In this document: in pieces, positions 7,776-16,291 of the stretch
Layout of the letters: each line of letters opens with the position of its first letter
Position numbering within the stretch: the stretch's first letter is position 1
Assembly: GCA_035526885.1 (NCBI GenBank)
Contig: DATLBM010000269.1
Location: 1-35,787, forward strand
DNA: 35,787 nucleotides
Reading direction: 5' to 3'
Origin: Thermoanaerobaculia bacterium
GTDB lineage: Bacteria > Acidobacteriota > Thermoanaerobaculia > Gp7-AA8
Notes under the pieces: model-generated
Seen by the model: only the letters and a program-made list of their open reading frames with translations
Told to the model about the DNA's origin: nothing
The model's database searches: none
Translations under genes and position numbers: made by a program

Positions 7776-10174
7776 GGTGCCGCCAGGACGATGGCGACGT
7801 TGCGCACCCCGCGGTCGCTGCGCCACACCAGCGCGTCGGGAATCTCGCCATCGCGAATGGCCAGCGCCGCGTGTGTGGCCGAGAACATGCCGGAGGCGGC
7901 GCCTGTGAATCCGATGGCATCGCATGCGCCTTCGATGCGGGCGTCATCGCCGACGACTTCGTGCGCGATGGAGGGCTCGGCGGCGTCGAGGAGATCGCCG
8001 AACACGTGACGGGGAGCGCGTCCGCTGGCACGAAGGGCAAGCCTGGCGGCATCGTGCAGCGACGCGAACGATTCGTGCGACGCTGCGATGCGCGCGTAGA
8101 TCCGCGCGCCGCGCTGCCGCGCGCGTTCTTCCGATTCCAGGATCCACACCACGGCGCCTTCGCCCGGCGCGACGGTCATGCCGTCGAGCACTTCCGCGGC
8201 GAGATGCTCAGGACCGAGGACCGAGTCGTATGCGCCGGCCATCACCACGTCCGTCTCACCGCGCTCGATCGCCCGCGCCGCGCGGACCAGTGCCTGCGCG
8301 CCGCCGCACGAGCCGCTGCTGATGTTGAGGTTGGGCCCGAGGACGCCGTGCTCGATGGCGATGCCGCACAGGCCGGCGTTCGGAAGACTCTTCACGATGA
8401 GCAGCGGATCGATGCGCGGGATGCCGCGCGTGGCGAACTTCGTCGGATCCCACTGGCCCGCGGCGTCGATCGACACTTCGAGCGCCGGCGCGAAGTTCGA
8501 CTGCGGCGAATCGAAGCTCACCGACGCGATGTAGAGGCCCATCCGCGCGAGCGTGTCCGCGTCGCCGTCGAGCCCCGCGTCACGCGTCGCTTCCCCTGCC
8601 GCGACGACGGCCATCGTGGCGGTCTTCTGCAGGAGTTTGCGAAGCATGCGATTGCGCACGGTCTGCGGCATCGACTCGTCGTACGCGGGCGCGCCGAACG
8701 GCGCGATGGTGCTGTTCGCGTCGCGGATCGTGATGCCGGACGCGCCTTCGCGATAGCGCGTCCAATGCTCGCGCGCGTTCGATGCGAGCGGGGAGACGAC
8801 GCCGATACCGGTGAGGACGGCTTTGTGAAACGTGGCGACGGGCTTCAGCCCGTCGCGATGTTGGATATCGCGACGGGCTGATGCCCGTGGCCACGTTTCT
8901 CCTTCGAATTTGCGGATGGCGATGGAGCCGTTCTGGCCGCCGAAGCCGAACGAGTTCGAGAGCGCCGTGCGGACGCGCATGCGCCGCGCTTCGACGGGCA
9001 CGAAATCGAGATCGCATTCGGGATCGCGTTTGCGCAGGTTGATCGTCGCGGGGACGACGTCGTCGCGCACGGTGAGGCACGTCAGCACCGTTTCCACGGC
9101 GCCCGCGGCGCAGATGAGATGTCCGAGGTGCGACTTGGTGGAGCTGATGGCGACGCGTTCGGCATGCGCGCCGAATGCGGACTTGATGGCGATCGTCTCG
9201 ATGCGATCGTTCTGCGGCGTGGCCGTACCGTGCGCGTTGATGGCGTCGACGTCGTGCGGCGCGATGCCCGCATCCTCGAGGCAGTTGCGCATCGCCGCCG
9301 CCGCCCCCCGCCCCTCGGGATGCACGTCCGTGAAGCGGTAGCCGTCGGACGACGATCCGTACCCGATCACTTCCGCGTAAATGCGCGCACCGCGTGCCAG
9401 CGCGTGCGGCAGCGATTCCAACACGACCATGCCCGCGCCTTCGCCGATGACGAAGCCGTTGCGGGTGAGATCGAACGGGCGCGAGCTCGTTTCCGGATCC
9501 GCGTGCGTGGAGAGCGCGCCGAGGAGCCAGAAGCCGGCCAGGCAGAACGCGGAGACCATGCTGTCCGCGGCGCCGGCGAGCATGACGTCGGCCAGGCCGG
9601 AGCGGATCATGTGAAAGGCCTCGCCGGTGGCCTGCGTGCCCGAGGTGCATGCGCCCTGGATCGTGAGACTGGGGCCGTCGAGCTGGAAGCGCTGGGAGAG
9701 AAAGGCGGAGATGGAGCTCAGGCGGTACTGCGTCGTGAGCTCGCGATGTTCGCGCAGCAGTTCGTAGAGACTCTCGACGCTCCAGCGCGCGGCGGGAGCG
9801 GCGACGTCCAGCGCGCGCCCGCGGATCTGCGTCTCGATGGCGGGAAAGCCTCCCGCGCCGACGCAGACGCCGATGCGTGCGCGATCCGCGCTGCCGTTCA
9901 TGCCGGAGTCGCTCCACGCTTTCGATGCCGCCCAGTTCGCGAAGGCCAGTGCGCGGTTCGCGCGCACGAGTCCGCGATCGTGATCGCTCGCGACGATGCG
10001 TTCGACGTCCACTTCGCTGGCGATGTTCACCGGGAAGGCGTGGCTGTCGTACTGCCGCAGGTGTCCGATGCCGCAACGTCCGTCGAGGATGGCGTTCCAG
10101 ACCGGCTCGACGTCGACACCGAGCGACGTTGCCAGGCCCAGACCCGTCACCACGACGCGCGCGCGGTCAGTCAT
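7772..10174 (-). CDS. fused beta-ketoacyl synthase (KS-alpha, FabF-like) and chain-length-factor-like KS-beta
   Basis: N-terminal domain has the full catalytic set: GACTSG, HGTATP, KSHLGH, NSFGFGGQNGS. C-terminal domain (KAVLTGIGVVSPLA...) keeps the KS fold signature but lacks the HGT and K..GH motifs. The two are joined in frame through the repeat at 8828-8898. Confidence 0.85.
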   Translation of the reverse strand: MTDRARVVVTGLGLATSLGVDVEPVWNAILDGRCGIGHLRQYDSHAFPVNIASEVDVERIVASDHDRGLVRANRALAFANWAASKAWSDSGMNGSADRARIGVCVGAGGFPAIETQIRGRALDVAAPAARWSVESLYELLREHRELTTQYRLSSISAFLSQRFQLDGPSLTIQGACTSGTQATGEAFHMIRSGLADVMLAGAADSMVSAFCLAGFWLLGALSTHADPETSSRPFDLTRNGFVIGEGAGMVVLESLPHALARGARIYAEVIGYGSSSDGYRFTDVHPEGRGAAAAMRNCLEDAGIAPHDVDAINAHGTATPQNDRIETIAIKSAFGAHAERVAISSTKSHLGHLICAAGAVETVLTCLTVRDDVVPATINLRKRDPECDLDFVPVEARRMRVRTALSNSFGFGGQNGSIAIRKFEGETWPRASARRDIQHRDGLKPVATFHKAVLTGIGVVSPLASNAREHWTRYREGASGITIRDANSTIAPFGAPAYDESMPQTVRNRMLRKLLQKTATMAVVAAGEATRDAGLDGDADTLARMGLYIASVSFDSPQSNFAPALEVSIDAAGQWDPTKFATRGIPRIDPLLIVKSLPNAGLCGIAIEHGVLGPNLNISSGSCGGAQALVRAARAIERGETDVVMAGAYDSVLGPEHLAAEVLDGMTVAPGEGAVVWILESEERARQRGARIYARIAASHESFASLHDAARLALRASGRAPRHVFGDLLDAAEPSIAHEVVGDDARIEGACDAIGFTGAASGMFSATHAALAIRDGEIPDALVWRSDRGVRNVAIVLAAP
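8828..8898. repeat. palindromic GGGCTTCAGCCC-core element, copy 2, inside an ORF
   Basis: AAACGTGGCGACGGGCTTCAGCCCGTCGC - loop - GCGACGGGCTGATGCCCGTGGCCACGTTT, 71 nt. Translated on the minus strand as ETWPRASARRDIQHRDGLKPVATF. Confidence 0.9.
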
Positions 10175-10754
10175 CGATCTTCAGCGCCTCGATGTCGTGA
10201 ATGAGCACGTCGTCTCCGGACGGAGTGGGATAGACCGCACCGCACGCGTTGCAGAGAAACTCGGGTGCGGCCAGCGACTCGCCGATGTCGTGCGAGCCGC
10301 ACGTCGTACAGCCGCTCGCGCGCAATGCCTCGAGCGCTTCCGCTTTGCCTTCGACCATGCGCAGGGCCAGGCGGACGAACGTTTGCGTGGTGACCAGGCG
10401 CGCCACCTCGTGCACGCGCAGGCCGGGCGTGAACAGCGCGGGATCGATCTCCGGACGCAGCTCGCGGAGCACGCGCAGTGCGAAGTCGGTGAGCTGGCCC
10501 TGGTGCAGGAACTTCTCTTCGCCGAAGCGCTCCTGCACGTGCTGCATGAGGTTGGTCTTGGGCATGCGGATGCGGAACGCGGTCTCCAGAGCGAACACGA
10601 TCTCGAGGATGTCCAGCGACTCCGCTCCGTAATCTTCCTGCAGGCTGGCGCCGAGCTCGATCTGCTCCGGCGGGAGGTCGAGCGCTCGCGCAACCGCGGC
10701 GACGACCTTGGTCTCGACGTCCTGCTCGATCGTGCTCTGCTGGTCGACTGTCAT
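10167..10754 (-). CDS. acyl carrier protein domain with a long C-terminal extension ending in a CxxC...CxxC zinc-ribbon-like motif
   Basis: ACP helix II region LQEDYGAESLDILEIVFALETAF, with Ser in a DSL-like motif. 195 aa, against about 80 for a plain ACP. C-terminus reads CTTCGSHDIGESLAAPEFLCNACG. 8-bp overlap (ATGACTGA) with the KS start. Confidence 0.7.
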   Translation of the reverse strand: MTVDQQSTIEQDVETKVVAAVARALDLPPEQIELGASLQEDYGAESLDILEIVFALETAFRIRMPKTNLMQHVQERFGEEKFLHQGQLTDFALRVLRELRPEIDPALFTPGLRVHEVARLVTTQTFVRLALRMVEGKAEALEALRASGCTTCGSHDIGESLAAPEFLCNACGAVYPTPSGDDVLIHDIEALKIDD

Positions 10755-10769
10755 GATGTCCCTCTCTGT

Positions 10770-11522
10770 TCAGACTCCGAGTCCGCCGTCGACGGCGAGG
10801 ATTTGTCCGGTGATGTAGGAGGCGTCGTCGGACGCCAGGAATCGCACCGCGGCCGCCACCTCCTCGGCGCGTCCCATGCGCACCATGGGGATGTGATCGG
10901 CGTGGCGCTTGCCGCCGCGCTGCGGGAGATCGGCGAGGAGCTCGGTCTCGATGAGCCCCGGCGCGACGGCGTTCACGCGAATGCCTTTCGCTCCCAGTTC
11001 CACGGCCAGCGAGCGCACCAGCGCGTTGACCGCGCCTTTCGCCGCGGAGTAGCTGGACAGGCCGGGCGATCCGCGATCGGCCGCGAGCGACGACACGCAC
11101 ACGATGCTGCCTCGGCGCGACGTGAGCATCGACGGCAGCGCCGCGCGGATGCACGAGACGGCGCCGAGGAGATTGATGTCGAGCATGCGCTGCCAGTCGG
11201 CGTTCGTCTGCAGCGCGGCGAGATTGGTGAGCACCATGCCCGCATTGCACACGAGGACGTCCAGCGCGCCGAAGCGGCGTTGCGCGAGCTCGACCAGCCG
11301 CGCGGCCTGACCATCGTCGCTGACGTCGGCTGCGAGAATGTCGCACTGCGCTCCGAGGGCCACGGCTTCGGCGGCAGTGTTCTCGGCCGAGGCGCGATCG
11401 CGGCGATAGTTGACGACGACGTTCGCGCCGTGCGCGGCCAGCTCCAGCGTGATGGCGCGGCCGATGCCGCGGCTGCCGCCGGTCACCAGTGCCGTTCGTC
11501 CTTCCAGTCGCCGATCCGCCAA
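10770..11522 (-). CDS. fabG: 3-oxoacyl-ACP reductase (SDR)
   Basis: TGGSRGIG cofactor motif, NAG, S...YSAAK catalytic motif, 250 aa, with FabG-like layout throughout. Confidence 0.9.
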   Translation of the reverse strand: MADRRLEGRTALVTGGSRGIGRAITLELAAHGANVVVNYRRDRASAENTAAEAVALGAQCDILAADVSDDGQAARLVELAQRRFGALDVLVCNAGMVLTNLAALQTNADWQRMLDINLLGAVSCIRAALPSMLTSRRGSIVCVSSLAADRGSPGLSSYSAAKGAVNALVRSLAVELGAKGIRVNAVAPGLIETELLADLPQRGGKRHADHIPMVRMGRAEEVAAAVRFLASDDASYITGQILAVDGGLGV

Positions 11523-11534
11523 CGCGTGTCCTCC

Positions 11535-12287
11535 TCAGGTGGTCAGACTGAAGCCGCCGTCGGCGACGATGGTCTGACCGCGAATCCATGCCGCGGCGGG
11601 ACTGCAGAGAAATGCGACCACGGACGCCAGATCATCAGGCTGTCCGACGCGGCCCGCCGGCGTCCGCGCGACGACCTGCTCGCGCAGGCGCTCGTACTCG
11701 GGATGCATTTTCACCGTGCCGGTCTCGACGAGGCCTCCGCACACGGCGTTGACGTTGATGTTCCGCGGCGCCAGCTCGACGGCGAGGTAGCGCACCATCG
11801 ATTCGATGGCGGCTTTGGCGGCGCCGAGGGCGAGATAGCCGGGAGTGAAGCCGCGGGAGCCGAGACTGCTCAGCGCGACGATGTGGCCGCCGTCCGTCAT
11901 GAGCTGCGCGGCCCGTTGTGCGCCCGCGAGAAACGCGCGCGCGTTGAGATCGATGACGCGCGACCACGTGCGCGGCGTGAGCTCCATGGCCGCGCGAAAC
12001 GACGCGCGCGCGGCGTTGCTGATGAACACGTCGAGGCGCCCGAACCGATCGCCGATCGTGTCGAAGAGCGCGTCCAGCGAATCGAGCTGGCCGACGTCGG
12101 TGACGACGGCACTCGCCTTCACGCCGCGCGACTCGAGCTCCGCGACGGCGTTGCGCGCGGCGTCGTGATCGAGCGAGTAGGCGATGACCACGTGCTCGGG
12201 CCGCTCGTCCGCGAGGCGCATCGCGATGGCGCGTCCGATCCCGCGGGAGCCGCCCGTGACGAGCACGATGCCGCCGTTGACGCTCAT
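11535..12287 (-). CDS. SDR-family enoyl-ACP reductase, FabL-like
   Basis: By my recollection it is collinear with B. subtilis FabL: [77 protein letters not shown]. The start overlaps the dehydratase stop (ATGA). The upstream 411-aa extension of the ORF is a shadow. Confidence 0.8.
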   Translation of the reverse strand: MSVNGGIVLVTGGSRGIGRAIAMRLADERPEHVVIAYSLDHDAARNAVAELESRGVKASAVVTDVGQLDSLDALFDTIGDRFGRLDVFISNAARASFRAAMELTPRTWSRVIDLNARAFLAGAQRAAQLMTDGGHIVALSSLGSRGFTPGYLALGAAKAAIESMVRYLAVELAPRNINVNAVCGGLVETGTVKMHPEYERLREQVVARTPAGRVGQPDDLASVVAFLCSPAAAWIRGQTIVADGGFSLTT

Positions 12288-12775
12288 GCGCGGGCGGGGG
12301 GCTGCCATGGAGAGGTGAGACGGCGGTACTCCTCGCGGCAGAAGCTCTCCATGACGTTCCGGTCGCCGCCGCCCACCGCGCCGTTCGGATCGAAGAGGAG
12401 CATGAGGGTCATGTCCGCGGACTTGCGCCCGCCATTCGTGACCGTGGCCTTGCACAGCGCGGCTTCGTCGCGGAGTGAATCGATCCGCGTGCGGATCTCC
12501 AGGCGGCTCTTCGGAGCGACGAATTCGCGGAACTTGGCGCCCTCGATCTGTCCGAGAAAGGGAAAGACCCACAGGTCGCGATTGGCCACGAGCGTGGCCT
12601 GCACGAGAAGGCCGGAGAGCTGCGCGCCCATCTCGGTCAGCAGCACGCCGGGCGTGATGGGAAAGGTCGGGAAGTGATCGGCAAACAGCTCCTCGGAGAA
12701 GTCCGTGGACGCGTCCGCGGACGCAGACTCTCCGGGCACGAGCTCGCGAACTCTCTCCAGAAGGCGCCATCGCAT
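12284..12775 (-). CDS. FabZ/FabA-like hotdog-fold 3-hydroxyacyl-ACP dehydratase
   Basis: [22 protein letters not shown] matches the FabZ active-site region (DHFP..P.mPGVL). 163 aa; first gene of the operon. Confidence 0.8.
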   Translation of the reverse strand: MRWRLLERVRELVPGESASADASTDFSEELFADHFPTFPITPGVLLTEMGAQLSGLLVQATLVANRDLWVFPFLGQIEGAKFREFVAPKSRLEIRTRIDSLRDEAALCKATVTNGGRKSADMTLMLLFDPNGAVGGGDRNVMESFCREEYRRLTSPWQPPARA

Positions 12776-12812
12776 GAGTAGGATTGGAAGACGCTCTTAC
12801 GATACATCAAGA

Positions 12813-14150
12813 ATGCCTTCCTTCGACACGATCATCGCCGGCGGCGGACTGGCCGGAATCACGACTGCGGTCGCGCTCGCGGACGCGGGGCAGCGCGTGG
12901 CTCTGCTCGAAGCCTCGCCGATTCTCGGTGGCCGCGCCTCGAGCACGATCGACGCGACGACGGGCGATGCGATCGCCATCGGCCCGCACGTGCTTTTTTC
13001 CGAATACGTGAACATGCTGAAGCTCCTGCGGCTCCTCGGCACGGACTCGAAGATCGTCTGGGACGACGAGCGCTTCACGACCGAGGTGAAGGGCACGCAC
13101 GAGATCGTGATGCGGATCTCTTCATGGCTGCCGGCGCCTTTTCACTTCGTGCCCAGTCTCTTTCGGGACAGGACGCTGCGCGCCGCGGACTGGCTGTCCA
13201 ACGCGGGCATCACGCTGTACGCGCTGTCGCTGCGCGAGGCGGATCTGCTGCGGCTCGATGGCATGCGCGGCATCGACCTCGTGCGCCGCTTTCGCGTGCG
13301 GGAGGCCTACGTCGAACGCTTCTGGCGCTACCTCGCGCTGGCGATCGTGAACGTGCCGCTCGAGGAGTGCTCGGCGGCCGCGCTGCTGCGCGCGTACCGG
13401 CGGCTGATCGGCAAACGCGGGTATCGCATCGGCTATCCCGGCGGAGGCCTCGGCGATCTCTTCGCGCCGGCGGCGGAGCGGTTTCTGCGCGAGCGCGGCT
13501 CGGTCGTGCTGACGAACGCACGCGTCGTATCTCTGGATGGGCCATTTCGATTGCAGACCGGCGAGACGTTCGAAGGAAAGTCGTACGTCATCGCGCTGCC
13601 TCCGCCGAAGCTGGAGGCCGTGCCGTACGCGAGCGTGTATCTCTGGTTCGACCGGAAGCTCACACAACGGCGTTTCTGGTCGCGCGTGTATGCGGAGGGC
13701 GATCTCAATCTCGACTTCTACGACTTTTCGAACATCGGAAGCCGCGGCGGCACGTCGCTGATCGGGAGCAACGTCATCGGCGCGGAGCGCATCGGATCGC
13801 TTTCCGATGAGGAGATCGTGAAGCGCACGCTGGAGGAGATCGCGGAGTATCTCCCGCACGCGCGCGATGCGCGCGTCGTGCACTCGGTGGTGCATCGCAT
13901 TCCGATGGCCATTCACGCGGCGGTGCCGGGATCGGAGTCGCGTCGTGCCCGCGAGCTCGAGCCGCGTCCCGGCGTCGTGCTGGCCGGCGACTGGACGCAG
14001 ACGGGACTGCCGCCATCGATGGAGAGCGCGTGCTTTTCCGGATTTCGCGCGGCGGAGATCGTCCTCGGCCGCGACGGCCTGGCGGTGCGGCATCGGGAGC
14101 TGGATTGGGTCGCTTCGCTCCTCGGCGCGCTGACGCGCCGGACGGGCTGA
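12813..14150 (+). CDS. FAD-dependent oxidoreductase of the phytoene-desaturase / amine-oxidase (HpnE-like) family
   Basis: N-terminal dinucleotide fold DTIIAGGGLAGITTAVALADAGQRVALLEASPILGGRA; C-terminal LAGDWT motif. The last codons and the TGA stop lie inside the repeat at 14141-14203. Confidence 0.8.
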   Translation: MPSFDTIIAGGGLAGITTAVALADAGQRVALLEASPILGGRASSTIDATTGDAIAIGPHVLFSEYVNMLKLLRLLGTDSKIVWDDERFTTEVKGTHEIVMRISSWLPAPFHFVPSLFRDRTLRAADWLSNAGITLYALSLREADLLRLDGMRGIDLVRRFRVREAYVERFWRYLALAIVNVPLEECSAAALLRAYRRLIGKRGYRIGYPGGGLGDLFAPAAERFLRERGSVVLTNARVVSLDGPFRLQTGETFEGKSYVIALPPPKLEAVPYASVYLWFDRKLTQRRFWSRVYAEGDLNLDFYDFSNIGSRGGTSLIGSNVIGAERIGSLSDEEIVKRTLEEIAEYLPHARDARVVHSVVHRIPMAIHAAVPGSESRRARELEPRPGVVLAGDWTQTGLPPSMESACFSGFRAAEIVLGRDGLAVRHRELDWVASLLGALTRRTG

Positions 14151-14203
14151 AGCCCATCCTACGTTCGGCACGGTGCTCAACGTAGGATGGGCTTCAGCCC
14201 GTC
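14141..14203. repeat. palindromic GGGCTGAAGCCC-core element, copy 3 (variant with arms in inverted order)
   Basis: GACGGGCTGAAGCCCATCCTACGTT - 13-nt loop - AACGTAGGATGGGCTTCAGCCCGTC. It overlaps the stop codon of the upstream gene (14148-14150). Confidence 0.85.
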
Positions 14204-14227
14204 CCGCCGCTGCGCTAAGCTGCGCGC

Positions 14228-15205
14228 GTGATCGAGGCGCCGCGGGTCCAGTCGGTGCGATTCATCGGATCCGCGCATGCCGGGAGCGGCGCGGGATGGA
14301 CGCTGCACGGGCAGGACGGCGGACAGTCCATCGCCCTCGGCGGCGAAACGTTGTTCGTCTTCTCCGATACGCTGCTGTCGCGCAGTGGTCAGCAGCTCTT
14401 CCTTGCGAACTGCGCGGCGTTGTCGGGCGAACCGACGCTGGACGGCGCAATGTCCAACCTTCGCTACCTCGAAGACGAGCACGGACTGCCGCGCGAGATC
14501 CTCGGCGCGAACCCGCTCGAGCGCATGGCCGGGTTTCGTTTCTGGCCGCAGCACGGAATCGCCGAGGGTGATGACGTCCTGCTCTTCTACCTCGGCATTC
14601 ACCAATACGATCAGCGCAGCGCGTGGGGCTTTCGGATGTCCGGCTCCGGGATGGCGCGCCTCGATCCGCGCACAGGCGCGAGCGAGCGCATCACGCGGGC
14701 GGGCGTGTGGTGCCTGTGGCCCGGCGACGGCGACGTGCGCATCGGGACGCAGGTGCTCCGCGCGGATGCTTTCGTGTACGTCTTCGGCAGCCGCGCGTCG
14801 CACGCGATCGTCGCGCGCGTGCCGTCATCATCGGTCGGCGATCCCGATGCGTACCGGTTTCTCGCGGCGGATGAACGGTGGTCGGAAAGCGTGAGCGATG
14901 CGGTCTCGATCGCCAAAGCGGCGCCGGAGTTCTCCGTGTCGTTCAACGAACATCTCGGCGCGTACCTGATGGTCTACGCGGACGGATTCGCGCGCGAGCT
15001 CTACGTGCGCACGGCGCCCGCTGTTTGCGGTCCGTACGGACCGGCGGTGGCGGTGGGACGTCTGCCGCATCGCGACTCGGCGGAGATGGTGGCGCTGGCG
15101 TTCGAGCATCCGCGGTTCGCGAAGAACGGCGGCAAGACGGTGGTCGTCTCCTACTGCCAGCCGCACTTTACGCAGAACTCTCTCGTGGCAGTCACGTTCG
15201 CGTGA
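14228..15205 (+). CDS. hypothetical protein, possibly DUF4185-like (beta-propeller, glycoside-hydrolase-like)
   Basis: High GC3 and GTG start. LGGETLFVFSDTLL resembles the conserved FGDT-type motif of DUF4185. This assignment is tentative. Confidence 0.55.
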   Translation: MIEAPRVQSVRFIGSAHAGSGAGWTLHGQDGGQSIALGGETLFVFSDTLLSRSGQQLFLANCAALSGEPTLDGAMSNLRYLEDEHGLPREILGANPLERMAGFRFWPQHGIAEGDDVLLFYLGIHQYDQRSAWGFRMSGSGMARLDPRTGASERITRAGVWCLWPGDGDVRIGTQVLRADAFVYVFGSRASHAIVARVPSSSVGDPDAYRFLAADERWSESVSDAVSIAKAAPEFSVSFNEHLGAYLMVYADGFARELYVRTAPAVCGPYGPAVAVGRLPHRDSAEMVALAFEHPRFAKNGGKTVVVSYCQPHFTQNSLVAVTFA

Positions 15206-15283
15206 AGGCAAACGTGGCGACGGGCTTCAGCCCGTCGCAATATCGATATCGCGACGGGCTGAAGCCCGTCTCCACGTTTCTTC
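15206..15283. mobile_element. palindromic GGGCTTCAGCCC-core element, copy 4, flanked by a 14-bp direct duplication
   Basis: AAACGTGGCGACGGGCTTCAGCCCGTCGC-AATATCGATAT-GCGACGGGCTGAAGCCCGTCTCCACGTTT. It is flanked by identical TCACGTTCGCGTGA at 15192-15205 and 15284-15297. Confidence 0.6.
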
Positions 15284-16291
15284 TCACGTTCGCGTGATCT
15301 CGCGAATGAGCTCGTCCCATCGCGCGGCGATGTTGGACCAGGCATACCGCGGATCGGTCGCGCGCGCAAACGCGGCGTCGGCCAGACGGCCACGTTCGTC
15401 GCGATCGCGGTAGAGGCGCTCCAGCGCCGCGGCGATGCCTTCCACGGTGACCGTGCGTCCCGCCTTCGTGTAGCGCTCCATCGTGCTCTGCGTTGCGGGA
15501 TCGAGCAGCAACGCCGCGCCTTCCCAGAGCTCGGCGCACGCAGTGTGGTTCGGCACGATCTGCGCGGCACGCGTGGCGCCGTGCTCGAAGGCGATCAGGC
15601 CCCAGCCTTCCTTCTCCGACGTGTTGATGCCCACGTGGCAGGAGTTGTAGATCGCGTTCAGGCGCTCGTCGGAAACGAACGGATGCCGCTCGCCCTTTTC
15701 CGTGAAGACGATGCGGTCGCGGATGCCGAAGCGATCCGCCAGCGGGACCTCGCCCGGATGCGGCGTGCGCGTGCCCATGTGCAGCACGAGCTTCACGTTC
15801 TCCGGCTTGCCGCGCGCGAACAGGGCGAAGCCTTCGACGGTGAGGTCGATGCGTTTGAACGGCTGATTGCGATTGGCGTTGAGGACGAAAAAGGCGTCGT
15901 CGTCGCGCGTGCCGGCGGGGTGGAAGGCATTCGTGTCGACGCCGTGCGGAATGACAGCGTGTGCGTTGGCGATCGCGCGGCCGAAATCCGTGAATGCCAC
16001 CACGCGGTCCGCCTTGGCCAGCTCCGCCGCGATCTCCGGCGTCACCGACTCTTCGCCGTCGGCGGCAGCGTAGAAGATGGTCGGGTACGTGCCGCACAAC
16101 CGCGGTGCGAGTTGCGCGCAGCGCCACGGCTCGTCCAGTACGAGCACGAGCTCCGGCGCGATGGCGGCGATGTCCGCGTCCGATGCATCGATGGGGAGGC
16201 GCGCCACGCGGCGGGGAAGATGCGGGGCGATGCTGTCGAGCACGCGGGCGAATCCCGTGGGAATGCCCGCGTGCCCGAGGAAGAGGATCAC
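15284..16291 (-). CDS. GT-B fold glycosyltransferase (GT4-like)
   Basis: EKEGWGLIAFEHGATRAAQIV (E-x7-E region) and VILFLGHAGIPTGFARVL at the N-terminus. GTG 16291 overlaps the stop of the 304-aa gene (GTGA). The upstream part of the 481-aa ORF is a shadow. Confidence 0.8.
   Translation of the reverse strand: MILFLGHAGIPTGFARVLDSIAPHLPRRVARLPIDASDADIAAIAPELVLVLDEPWRCAQLAPRLCGTYPTIFYAAADGEESVTPEIAAELAKADRVVAFTDFGRAIANAHAVIPHGVDTNAFHPAGTRDDDAFFVLNANRNQPFKRIDLTVEGFALFARGKPENVKLVLHMGTRTPHPGEVPLADRFGIRDRIVFTEKGERHPFVSDERLNAIYNSCHVGINTSEKEGWGLIAFEHGATRAAQIVPNHTACAELWEGAALLLDPATQSTMERYTKAGRTVTVEGIAAALERLYRDRDERGRLADAAFARATDPRYAWSNIAARWDELIREITRT

Noticed and set aside
5121-8052. Very long ORFs overlapping the hydrolase/A-PCP-TE gene (962 aa on the plus strand at 5121..8009; 789 aa on the minus strand at 5683..8052)
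   Set aside because: Their translations are Arg/Ala/Pro/Gly/His-rich low-complexity sequence with no motifs. The 5250..7775 frame carries clear GxSxG, PCP and TE motifs and the expected GC3 bias. They are typical shadow ORFs of a high-GC genome.
9996-12677. 893-aa plus-strand ORF spanning the ACP, FabG, FabL-like and FabZ-like genes
   Set aside because: It is antisense to four genes with unambiguous SDR, ACP and hotdog motifs. Its own translation is Arg/Asp/Ala-rich with no recognisable domain.
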